The notes: a model not told the origin generated them from the letters alone. DNA of 63,227 nt, filler included, from Catajapyx aquilonaris (GCA_000934665.2; 2 parts of 2 records of this genome joined end to end with filler, not necessarily neighbours in it), one strand, 5' to 3'; positions 24,655 through 36,468 are shown, numbered from the whole stretch's first letter. Numbers and translations are program-made.

Positions 24655-25024
24655 TTTTAAGCTTTACTTCATTAGAGAGAACAGAGCCCTTTTAGGGGGG
24701 TGGATTACCACCATTTTTTCTTAAGAAATTTCTTCGCATTTTTTTTTCTCCCCAGTGCAGGGGTCAGGATAGGGATTTGTGAGGGGGGGGGGGNCAAGTG
24801 CGATGTCTCAAATTGGGGATCGTGTGCAGTCCCGCAGGGGGCCAAGCTACAAGACCCGGGTCAGAAACCCTCACCGACACCGCACCTCCTCGTGGACGGG
24901 ACAAGGGTAGGAAAGGAAAGGAAGCAATCGGGTGTGGCCTATTATTTAGGAAGCAACCCAGAATTCTCCTGCGTGGACCATGGGAAACCACAGAAAACCA
25001 CAGTTAGGATTGCCAGCCCTGGGG
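24655..25024 (-). mobile_element. 5'-truncated SINE with an insect-type conserved core
   Basis: Core tcctaactgtggttttctgtggtttccc...aataggccac; 3' part shared with family A; 17-bp TSD gtgaagcatttgtactt at 24638-24654 and 25025-25041. Confidence 0.85.
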
Positions 25025-25951
25025 GTGAAGCATTTGTACTTAATTTTTGATCCACCATTAAATTCTTTTGGCCTGAAAGTGTCATTATTTGCAAGTTTTT
25101 CAGATCTGCCAGACATTCCGTTGCAAAACATTTAGATTCCAGCACATTAAAAAATTAAAATTAACTTATGAACCTTGAAGTTCCATATTTTGGGAATGAA
25201 CACCTCTTGCGTAGGCCTGCAATTGTCTAATAATATCCTTTTCAATTAAACTTACTGTTTCGTCAGTAAACTATTTTTTGTGTTTTCCCTACATGGTAAC
25301 CGTTCAATTATAATACACAATTTGAAAAATCTCAATCATCTACTTGGAGGTCAAGTAGGCCTGATGCTGTAACATACCAAAAGACCTGGGTTGCCAACCC
25401 ATATCCCCCTCATGCTTGAAGTTCAAGTTAACCTTAAAAAACTAAAACCTAACTTCTTAAAATTTGACATCATTTTCAATCAAATCATGGGCATGTCAAG
25501 GTTATGGAATTTTAGGCTCAAAAATTGGGTAACTTGTGTGTCACCAATTTCCCATTTTTACATATGCAACTGTGTTACTCTTGTCAAAATGCATAGCTAC
25601 TGAGACTCAAAATGCTCTCTCAAAGGCCCTGGCCATGTTGTTCAAGGAATTCAAGTAAATCCCATGGCAAGAGAATGGACAGGGAGGCACCTGACAGTAA
25701 ATCAACATTCTACTTCATCTACACTCCCAGGTTAACAAACTGTTTTTTCTCAAGTCCCTTGGTTACAAAGGCATCTCTGGAACGTTCCATTGTAGCACCT
25801 GAGCCCTGGCCAAAGAGTTCTGCTATAGTACATACCTATAGAGAGACCACTCCCTGTCCTTTCCGCTTTCCCCAGCTGAGGCAGGCCGTCATCTTTACTT
25901 GGGTCAGGATCGCCATTTATTTTCCCTTGCTTTTAATCGTTTAAACTTTAA

Positions 25952-26099
25952 GGGCCAGTTGCACCGGCCTCAGTATAACTTAGAACCTCGGGTATAACAA
26001 GAATTGCCATAGCAATCATTGTTGACCAACAATGATTGCTATGGCAATTCTTGTTATACCCGAGGTTCTAAGTTATACTGAGGCCGGTGCAACTGGCCC
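25952..26099. mobile_element. PIF/Harbinger-type MITE, perfect 148-bp palindrome
   Basis: TAA|GGGCCAGTTGCACC...GGTGCAACTGGCCC|TAA; two 73-bp arms around a 2-nt loop. Confidence 0.92.
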
Positions 26100-26169
26100 T
26101 AAGTGGTTCTAAACATTCTGACAGTTGTCTAGCAACAATTAAGACCAATAATCTATAATGTCAGGATAC

Positions 26170-26620
26170 AGCACTACACAAGTAAAGATGGGAGATGGCT
26201 GCCTCACATATTTGACCCACTAGTCCCTCTAGGTATATTATTATAGAAGAACTATTTGATCCTGGAAATGGTACTGTTTACTGGTGTTTGGTAGAACGTT
26301 TTGTGTAGTGGTGAACGGTTGCAATGTTACCAATGTTTGGAGTGTTTGGAATGTAGAGTTGTTGATTTACTGTCTTGCTAAGCGGATGTTTCACAATATA
26401 TTATTGTGTGAGAATGTAGATCTGAGAACTGTCATGTGACCTTCATGCATTTGGTATAGCAGTGTTGGAACAGGGTTGTTGAATGTTCTGTGAGGTTTGA
26501 ACCAACCCTTGACAGCAAGCACTTCATCAGAATAAAAGACCGTAATAACTTGCCCCGCAGCCTGATTTACTCCATCAAGTGCTTTCCGCTTTATGGCCTT
26601 CTTTCATAAACCGGAATGAC
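26170..26620 (-). pseudogene. Possible degraded MULE-type transposase fragment
   Basis: RKAIKRKALD....GQVI...NNIL*NIRLAR...IF pattern resembles the region upstream of MULE domains. The match is weak and has stops. Confidence 0.25.
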
Positions 26621-27828
26621 CAATGTTCACAACAATAGTTTTAGTACCAGTGCCGTTGCTTACTGTTTCACCAACGTACAAAGAGGTGTTCCAATTAATA
26701 ACCTAAAATGTAGACAATGTATAAAAACAGGTGCACAGAGAGCTGGCAATACATTGCACATTTACCTTGCACATTACTGGAAAATGAAGCATGATGCGGT
26801 ATACCAAGGATAATATGAAGCTCTGGAATGTGCTATCTGACCGCATCGCTTCAAGCACATTTGCAGAAGCACTCCCATGACAGTGTAGGAACATTGCCCT
26901 ACATATAAACTGCAAGTGCCCTAAGAGTGTACTGACCTGAGAAGACGAGGGCAGACGAGCGGCAAAGACGAGCTTGAATCCTATTTGGTCCGTGCAGCTG
27001 CGGGACTTGGGCTTCTAGGGCTTCTAGGCTCCAAATATTCAATCCGAGTTCCGTTCCGACTCCAAGTCTGATTCGCCGTTCCAAGTGACTGATCCCAGTT
27101 AGCCTTCGAAATAAAAGATGGCCGCCGCTCTATTGCAGAGTTGCCAGACTCCGACGTGTAAAGTATACGCACAGCGTACGTCTTCTCTAGAAAGGAAAAT
27201 TGAGTGTTATCGCTCATTTTAAATATCCCGTACATATTTATAATCTTTTTTGTACTAATTAAAGCTTAACAGGAGGAAGGCTAGTCATATTCAGGCATGA
27301 ATGCTCAGAGCGCCAACAGATGGTGCAGCCACTCGGTTAGTGTTATCTTGAGCCCCGAGAGGGCAGTGCAGCCGCGGAGCGGGAGCGGGACCATAGAGAG
27401 CGGGACTAGTTGGTTGGTTGGTTGGTAGGTGTTAAGGTGTATGGCTCTGTCTGAGTACGTGGCACCACGGAGTAGTGGCACCATGGTCCGTGGTCTGAGC
27501 CGGTTGGAAAGTTGGTCCAAAATAATCGATTTAATCGAAAGCGAAAAATAACCGAAAATCGGCATAGTCGATTTTGAGAAAATAATCGATTAATTAATCG
27601 ATAATTTCAATTTTTTTCGCAAGCACGAAAAATTAATACATTTGAACGAGATGACTCTTTTTCGCTCTTTTTAAAGGCTAATCGCTTATTTCAATGTAGT
27701 TATTGCTCTAACAGCACCTATAGCTCAACCTGTGGAAGGTGAAACTGACGTGGGATCACACTAGGGTGGTAAATAACGTCATCTGGATACACTAGAACAC
27801 TCAATAGTTGACAAGCTCGAAGCCATGA

Positions 27829-28069
27829 ATCCTTCACTCAGTTGAGTGTACAGATTTTCACAGCCGTGTTACCTGTGGTCTATTATTTGTTCTTCAATCT
27901 ACAGTATTTTCTTTATACAAACTTTACGAAATTATTTTGTCGTAAGCCGATTAACAGAAAACAAACGATCGAGTGAGACAGACGAAGAAAATACTGTAGA
28001 TTGAAGAACAAATAATAGACCACAGGTAACACGGCTGTGAAAATCTGTACACTCAACTGAGTGAAGGAT
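27829..28069. repeat. Perfect 85-bp inverted repeat with a 71-bp spacer
   Basis: 27829-27913 is the exact reverse complement of 27985-28069; no TSD seen. Confidence 0.95.
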
Positions 28070-28071
28070 AC

Positions 28072-31000
28072 ATACTATACATTTATTACTTGCACTACAA
28101 ACCTACAAACTGCTATACTTATGGTTAAAAACCTGCTGATTTCAAAACTTCATCAGATTTTAATTATTTCCGTGTGTAGAATATTTGAAATAGGAAAATA
28201 TATCATTGCATGTCCAAAAATTCAATAAGCTTGAGACTTTGCAAGCAAACAATTGTTAAACTTGCATAGCTCGTACAGTAACAAAACTACTTGTAGTACC
28301 ATTGGAAAGCTAATTATTATAACTTTCTAAATGAGTAAGAAAAGGTTGGGGAATGTTACTTTGAACAGTTAAAAATCAGATTTGACATAAAAAGCTGGAA
28401 ATTCAATGCTCTTCCTCTCATGTGAGGTCTTCAAAACGTTCAGGTTTCTAATTATTAGAGTGCTTTTTCTGGTAAGATAACCACTTTCTTTCAATCAGTT
28501 CAGAGTTGAGTCGACTGCTTGTGTACTTTGTATTTTCTTCCTGTAAAGCGACCGTGGAAAAAAGTATGTTATAACCGAGGTCTGTTATAGCCAAATAGCC
28601 ACTTTTGCAATGACAACACAGAGTTTTCTGCTTTCCATATGCTTATAATGTACACTCCAACTTTGTTGCAAAGGTTTTCGGTTCCCTTCAACTTCCACTG
28701 AGGGATGATGAAAAATCGAGCATTAAAAAAAGTGCGAGTGAAGATGGAATGGGGAATCTTACTGAAATGGTACATGAAGCATGAGAGAGAAGCATGGGTG
28801 GAATATATTTTAATTTGGATCTTTATCCATGGAGATAATCACACATCAACTTTGGCAGCATGTTTCAAAAGTATAAGGCTACGCATGGTGCATGTCAAAA
28901 AAGTTCGTCCGGGTCTGTTCAAAACCATGTTGTGTCTCTCTTAGCAGATATGACTGCTTCAATGTGGGAAGTCATGGATTACAGCAGCTCTGGGCACACT
29001 CAGGGGTAATGCGGGGTGTCCCAAACCTCTGGCATACACCTTTTTAATGTCTGCATGTTGCGTGGCCGTAAGTGACCCAGTCTCCTCTTCATAATGTGCC
29101 ATACATTTTCGATGGCGTTCAAGTCACTTTAAACTTAAATAATATTTAGATGTCTACAAGTTTTCAAGTTATAGGGTTTTAAAATTGGGACATTCTTTTT
29201 CAATGACCCTGTATATTCCACCCATGCTTATTTCTCATGCTCCATGTACTATTTCCGTCATATTTGCCATTCCAACTTCACTCGCAATTATTTTATGATC
29301 GATTTTTTATCACCCCTCAGTGGAAATTGCAGGATCTGAAAACTTTTGCAACAGACTGGTATTGCATACTGATTAATGAAACTATCCACAAAAATACAAA
29401 ATTAGCTCACCTGCAAATTAGGCAAGATTTTTTAAAATCCTTCATTTTCTTCTGCCGCCTCCTTATTGCCAAATATACCAGAAAAAGAATTATTTTGACC
29501 TTTTCGGCAAGTGTATGTAAAGGCGCTGCAGGAAGGTTAGATCAGTGACAGGCCAGAGGTGGAAAAATCACCCCTGTTCCAGCATGCAGTGCTTACCTCA
29601 CTTCAGGAAGCTGAGTATTCAAAAGCAGCATATTTTTCAGCCGAAGTGCCAAGAAATCGGCTGTTATAGCCAAGATGAGGTGAAAATGAGTACAATATGT
29701 TACATCAGGAGTAAAAAATACACATGGCCTTATGGACTGGCCTTTCAAGTGTGTTATAGCCGAGGCTGTTATATCTAGATTCAATTGTATCAATTATTTT
29801 TCACTTTTTTCTTATGAATTTTGAAAGGATTGCAACAGCTTGAATACACACACTTTGTATACATTTCTTCTCGGATCAGATGCACGTTCGTTCATGGTGA
29901 AACTGAAGCATAATTATGTCGCTGTTATCAGTTGTTCTTATATCAGTCTGAAATTAAAATTTCAGTATACCCTTTTTGGGTATTAGCTGTGAAAGTTTCA
30001 AGGTCAGAACTTGATAACATCTTGCTTATAATGTCATTTTATAGTGTGAAGATATTGCCACAAATTTTTAATCTGACAGCATTTTTTATTAGATATAGCA
30101 ATTTTTAGCCTCCTATACCGTTCTGAGTAGTTATTATACAATAAAATATTTTGAAAAGCAAATTGTGCACTAATTGACTATCTGGACTCTGTGGTAGCCA
30201 TTTTCTCCCCAATTTTGCCTAGCCATAACTCAAGAAACTGTAAGAGCTAGGAAGCTGAAACTTTCAGGACTTGAGTTTCCCAGTTCACAGTTTACACTTG
30301 AAAAATTGCAAGAAAATTTGAGATGGTGAGTGCAGTGGTGGAAATTAATGGAGAAGCACAAGTTTCGCCGCAGAGTTTTCCCTCTACATGAAGCAGCTTC
30401 ATATGGAGGGAAAACTCTGCCAGAAGGCAACACTTGTACTTCTCCATAAATTTCCACCACTATGCAGTACCAGTTTCATTTTTAGATTAATGAACTGATG
30501 TGAAATGACCCAATAGAATTGTCTGTACATGGCGATGCTTTTGTGGCAGCTATTTCTACATACCGTACTTATTGTTACCAACAAATTTTGCATAAAGGGG
30601 AATATTAATAGTGTATTATTATGCAGATATAGATTTTGCAGTAGAATTTGGCTTGCCTAAATCCAGGTTGCATTTGAATAATTTTCTTGTAAGAATGTAA
30701 GATTGATTTCATGTTATCAATATTACAGGGACTCGACATCAGAACTGTTTGCTTTCGGTATGAAGGTCAACCCATACTGGATAAGGACACACCAATCACC
30801 CTTAACATGTTGGAAAACGATTTTATTGAAGCATTCCAGGAGCAGTTTGGTGGATGAGGGGTATAAATGTTGTGTGGAGTTCAGCATGGGTGTGTGTGTG
30901 TGTCAGTTTGAGAGATCAGGTCTTGACTAAGGTCTGGGGACGGAAGTCTGTGGTTTTACTGTAGCTGTGGGGACCAGTTCCAATTGTGGGGACATTTGTC

Positions 31001-31574
31001 GGTCCCCACAGTCTCACACACGCGAAGTGTACCATTACAGTGGGGACATGTGTAAATTAGTGGGGACATGTCCCCACTATTTTCATTTGTAGGGTTTCAC
31101 AAAAGTCCATTTTTCTCAGCCTAGGTTACTTAGGGTAGGGTAGGTTAGGTAGGGTAGGTTAGGTTAGGTTAGGTTAGATCAGTTTACACTCGCAGTGAAA
31201 AGTGATCAATGTCCGTCCCCGCACGCCATAGTCAAGACAAGAGCGATCGTGTGAGTGTAAGTGTGAAAATTTAATTGTAAATAAATATTTCCATAAAATA
31301 CTTGTTGAGAAGGTAAACGGACAACTCCTGGATCTTAGCATAAGATTCAATAGATCACGTATGACGTTATGTCATGGAAGAGCTTGTTGAATTCAATCAC
31401 AGTCTAAAGGGTGGTATCCACTGCTCAATATCAAGGGGTTTCAACCCGTTCAACCGCTTGAATCAACCCCTTGAGCGGGCTTGAACCGAGTAGAGCACGA
31501 CTCTACTTGATTCAACCCCTTGATCCAATAATGGGTCGAATCAAGTAGGGCCGTGCTCTACTCGATTCAAGCCC
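28072..31574. repeat. Right arm of the large inverted duplication (runs into the gap)
   Basis: Reverse complement of 16905-22352, lacking about 19180-21293 and carrying an extra insertion at 30914-31248. Confidence 0.95.
30914..31248. mobile_element. MITE with internal (TTAGG/TAGG)n tract
   Basis: Imperfect TIR gatc..gtcttgacta.gg..tg.gggacgga; ggggac/gtcccc motifs; taggt repeats at 31122-31177; absent from the left arm. Confidence 0.7.
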
Positions 31575-31674
31575 NNNNNNNNNNNNNNNNNNNNNNNNNN
31601 NNNNNNNNNNNNNNNNNNTTAATTAATTAANNNNNNNNNNNNNNNNNNNNNNNNNNNNNNNNNNNNNNNNNNNN
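31575..31674. other. Assembly gap with a synthetic TTAATTAATTAA linker
   Basis: N runs flank ttaattaattaa, which gives stops in all six frames. Confidence 0.9.
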
Positions 31675-31914
31675 TTGATGCAACAGAGTGATGGAATGTA
31701 TGTTTACAGGCCTGGGCTAGCTAGTTATGAACAAAAATCCCAAATCCCAGACCAAGGCTAGTTCCCCATTGCGATGGCTTATTCGAGTAGCCTACGTAAA
31801 AGGTTGTTATTTTAGACGTGAGTTTCAGAGGAAATGTGTTATCTACAAAAGTCGTGATTAAACCGCTTATATCTATTGTTTCATGATTCCTTATCCAATG
31901 CTGCCATGAACATC

Positions 31915-32177
31915 CTGCTGGAGGAGCCGTAGTGAGCTGCAATGAGGCTGGGAACATTTCTTTCTTGGATCATATCCCATACGTGGTTGGAGCAGATATC
32001 TTTCAAGTAGAACTTGCAACCATCCTGAGGGCCTTAGATTGCTTAGAACTGGTGGCAGAACAACTGACCTCCGACATGACTGAGCCAGTGCTAGTGGTGT
32101 CCGAATCCCTGTCGGCCCTTTATGCAATTTCTAACCCCGGAAGTACCCTGACAGTTAGGGTACCTGCTGAGGAGTAA
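31915..32177 (+). mobile_element. RNase H domain fragment of a non-LTR retrotransposon
   Basis: DIFQVELATILRAL......VLVVSESLSALYAI matches the LINE RNase H pattern .FQAEL.AI..AL....I.SDSLSAL.AI. Confidence 0.7.
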
Positions 32178-34262
32178 TGGGTACACAATTATTGTTTAGC
32201 CCTTTTAATGAGTTTTGCCTTTGGGTTGAAGCTATCTTGAAGGAACGAAATTCATGGCGGACCTAAATCATATGAGGAAGATTGACGGAAGGACTTCGGT
32301 GGACGGGGTTGGGCCGGGGAGGAGTGGAAGAGGAGGAGAAGAGGACAGGACCTGCGTGGGATCCCATTTCTGCTGCTGGACTTCCGATGTCTGGACCTTG
32401 CTGATTCTGATGCTGGGGTGTTGGCGTGTTGCAGTGGAAAGGAAGAAGCGGACCGTGATGAGTGTGCGTGGCGCTCACCTGAGGCGAGAGCGGGAGTTGG
32501 CTGCCCCTGTCCTTCAACAAGTGACTTGACTGGAAGCTTTATAATTGATTACCAATGTTTTTAAAATTATTGTTGTAGTTGATTTTGTGTATTACTTTAG
32601 TAGTTTAGTGTAAGGGCTTGGGAACCTTGATATGGTTGGAAAGTCCAATAAACACCTTAAAATGTACTGTCAACAGTAGTTGTGGGCAGTGATATACAAC
32701 ATTCATTTCAAGATGGAATTCATTTTCGAATTAACCATTTTAGATGAAATGTATGGAATGGAAATGAAGGCAATTAGGAAGATTTGGGAGGAAATATTGA
32801 TGGAAAACAAATAGGCCTGGAGAGTATGGTAAATGAATACAAAAGAATAATTAATCCATTTTAAAATGAGTGATGCCAATCTCTGATTATGGAACTTTGG
32901 AATTACTTTGATCTCTACTCCTTCTAAAAGCTAACTACTGTTCTCACTTACCAAGCACTAGCTTCCAATATCCACTGGCTTCCATATTCATTGCCTAATG
33001 TATGGACAGCTGCAGCATTGTAATAATGCTTACCATGTCCATGTCTGGTGTGCCAGGATAGTAGATGGCAAATGAAGGGTTGGGGCCTCGGATGATGACA
33101 GCAGCTCGCATTGCTTGATTCCATAAGTTGATTTGGATGCGGCCAAAGTGGTTGTTGGTTTGGCAGAATCAGGCAGGTGATGTCCAGAGACCAATCAGAT
33201 GCATTATCATCATTCTGCAAGGTGTAATGAGTACAGGTCATTGAGAGTGCTCATTGCCTCTTTGTGGCAATTATACATGCTTCGTCATGCAGTGACTTTT
33301 GCACAGTCACATGTAATAGTTGTTAACAAAAGAAATAGCTATGCTACTAATTATAGGTTCCATTGCCACCCAATCAAGTGTTTTGTCTTAGAAAATTTTA
33401 ATCACATTAGCAGACTACAAATTCCACCAAGATATGTTTGATGCCTGCAAATATAACCCAGAACCTTCACATAAATGAGACTGGATGAATGTCTGCAAGA
33501 TCAACATCTGTGTCACCAATCATTGCGGGCAGTCATGAACTACTGTACTTCAAATCCTGCAATTAAGTTATCATCACTTGATACAATCAAGGTCACAGCT
33601 ATTGCCAAACACACAATTTCAACCCAATCAGTTCAGCAGATGTATGTGTCAAAGAACCTTTCATTTGACTTAATTGGCAAATTAATTCACTCTGGCGAAC
33701 TGAAAACAATGTACTGTACGTAAGACAAATAGGAAGATAATGGCGAATGAAACCAATGGATTTTGTATTGGATTAATAATTTGCCAATTAGGGCCAATGG
33801 GCTAAAAGTGCTCAAGAACTGAAAAGACATTGAATGTGTGTCAGCCAAATATCGTCATTTAAATAGTTACCTTTATTGCCTTCAACACTGCACATTAAGT
33901 TGCCACTATTCATATAGTCTGTGAATAATAATCCAAATTTTCAGGTGTAACCTTACCCGCGTGCCGCAGATAGGAAATTGCTAACGGATGTCATGCCTGT
34001 GTACGTACTGTACTGTATACGCGTGTATACAGTGTGTATAAAAAAACGAACGTCTTGGGTGAAATTATGGGCAATAGGGAATAATTTCATGATGAGCAGA
34101 ACAATTAAAACACTGCACATTCTTTTGAGAGGCGATCTTGTATTATTTATTAGCTGGATTTTTTAAAAGCCCCAACGTAATTATATTTGAAGTCAATTTT
34201 TTACAGGTGCATTAAACATACAGTACGAAGTTTCAGCCTCGTAATAGTCCATTACTGCAAAG

Positions 34263-36468
34263 TTAGGCATGACTGCTATAAACCGTATAGGGAAGGCGAC
34301 CGATGAAGCTTAATAGGATGACTACTAGTGTTGGAATCTGTGCCGGCTTATTTGGTGAAGCTGAAATTGAATCGGAGAAATATAATTAGAATTATATTAT
34401 TATTTTATAAGCACTAATGTTTATTAAAATGTCATTCAAACTAGACATCGTCATGTAGTCTGTAGTTGACATTAAGTCGTTGGAAATATTATCTCATTCT
34501 TTGACTTTACACTTTTTTTAAATATCTCAAGCATTTGCAAAATATTAGCTGAATGGTTACACTTTGGAAATCGTCCCTTATTGTGCTGCGACTATTTTAA
34601 TGACATCTTTTGAATAGAGGAATTACCTGCGTCACTTCGACGATTCCTGCCATTACATTTGTAAAACCTGTTGACTCGTTCAACGTCCACCTGAAACGAC
34701 AAACCTTTAACTTGACACGAATTCAGCAAACGTTACAGTATGTTGCAGTCTTTATTCCTAATGTGATTTGCAAAATTACTCCTAGCAAGCCTATTTGTCT
34801 TTTCGCAATAATAAACCTGACCTCACTTAGACCTACTCTTCGGCCCAACTCAGTGATGTATGGATTCTTGGGAATGATGACTGGCTTTGTCAGGTTTACG
34901 GCACCGTAGTATGCACTGGGATGCAATAAGGACCCTGCATGAACAATAAAACAATCACAGGTGTACACCAGAGTAATAATTGCACTATGGTTGATACCAT
35001 ACCGTAGTCGTAAGGATTAAGAGTCGTCGCGTGGCAGATGGCCCAGTCACATATCTCAAATAATGGACGTCTGCCTATAAGCAAACAAGACTTAGATTGT
35101 GCGAAAGCAGTGAAAGTTTCTATAGAGTGTGTGACAACTCGTGTTATTGCGAGGCAGCTTGTTTGACATCTCACCTTCTGCTACATTATTGAAGTCTATG
35201 TCGATGTAGCAATCCCTATCTGGCCTCGTGTGCTCGGAGTAAAATCCGATTGTGTGCATGAGCAGACGCAACATAGCACCTGAGAAATAGCAGATTTCGT
35301 TCAGCCTCACTTCCTGAAGGCCTTTCTGCATTCCGATTGACCCGTTACACTTTTGCACTCTGAAAATTGCGTTAAAAATTCTCGTGATAACACAGTAACA
35401 TTAATAGTAATAATCTAGACTAAGAGCCTCTTTTTTTTTACTCTGGTCCTGTGTAGAACGATAAGTAGTTGTCCTCCGTTTGTCGAGGCCTGAAGTAAAC
35501 GCAAGTGTGTTCATGGAGCTCATTGATAGCCAGACAAATAGCCCTCCGTCCTTTTTCATCTGTGAAAATCGTTAGGTAAAAATAATAACGTACCTATTAT
35601 TATGACATCTTTGTTTTAAAGAGAACAGGTTTTTCACAGTATAGGCCTACTTACTGATTTTGGCAGAGATTTCGTATGGAACAGTTCCGTTTTTCCACCT
35701 TATGTTATATTCTGGTTGAAAAGAGTCTCGAGTCTGTCGGGAAGCAGTAATATAGATTGTAAAATGTCCATGTAAATTATAGGTACACTTATATTCTCCA
35801 TTACCACATTATACAAACAGGCCTAATATTGATTTGAGACGAGGTTCAGCACCAATATTAATTGAAAGTTGAAGCAATCAGCTCTTCCAACTTTCTTGAT
35901 ATTCAGTAAATAAATGAAGTGCATAATCAGATGAGTAATTTGGACATAACCGTTTAAAGTCTAAACGAGAGATGTGATGCTGTTGACGGAGTTTAAAAGT
36001 TCCGTATATATTTCAATAGACCTGGTTGAGACATGAAAACAACAAGACATATTCGGCATGAGAACTTACCTGCGGTTTTTGAACTGCGTCAGCTGCAACC
36101 ATCTCCTCATAGTTGACAGATGCGTCATCATCTGTTGCGAGAAAATAATAAGGCACTTAGTTTATACGCGCCGAAGTTGCACTTGTGTAATTACATCATT
36201 AACTGTATCTACCTTCACTTTTGCTGTCTTTGCAATCTTTTATTGTTATTGGTTTCCCCAGGTCTGACTGTTGCAGTACGAAAGAGAAGTTGGAAGCATT
36301 TAAAAACACACAAAATTCTGACTCACCATTCTTACCTCCCGAGTAAAAGAAACAAACATAGAGGTTAAAATAAGGTTTTAAACTATAGCTTACCTTATCG
36401 AGGGCTTTTCCCATGCACACTGCGGCACCTATGATTACCATAAGAAAGCAGATTTGTTGGTTATTCAT
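34263..36468 (-). CDS. Astacin-family (M12A) non-peptidase homologue, 306 aa, 10 exons, secreted with a GPI/TM-like tail
   Basis: Exons 36394-36468, 36213-36267, 36070-36131, 35655-35733, 35442-35559, 35175-35359, 35003-35074, 34822-34934, 34627-34690, 34263-34360; all GT-AG, phase-compatible, 921 nt with no internal stop. Signal peptide MNNQQICFLMVIIGAAVCMG; RWKNGTVPY, HTCVYFRPR, C.GSIG.QKG.QEV.L...C, RLLMHTIGFYSEHTRPDRD, PYDYGSLLHP, LGRRVGLSEVD.ERVNRFYKC. AATAAA at 34146-34151. Confidence 0.93.

Noticed and set aside
26981..27235. MSDNTQ as SUMO exon 1
   Set aside because: No splice donor follows it and the frame runs on into unrelated sequence.
31122..31177. (TTAGG)n as a telomere or chromosome-fusion site
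   Set aside because: Short, degenerate and internal to a MITE.
31619..31630. TTAATTAATTAA island inside N runs
   Set aside because: Synthetic six-frame-stop contig linker, not biological. Adjacency of the two halves of the window is therefore unproven.
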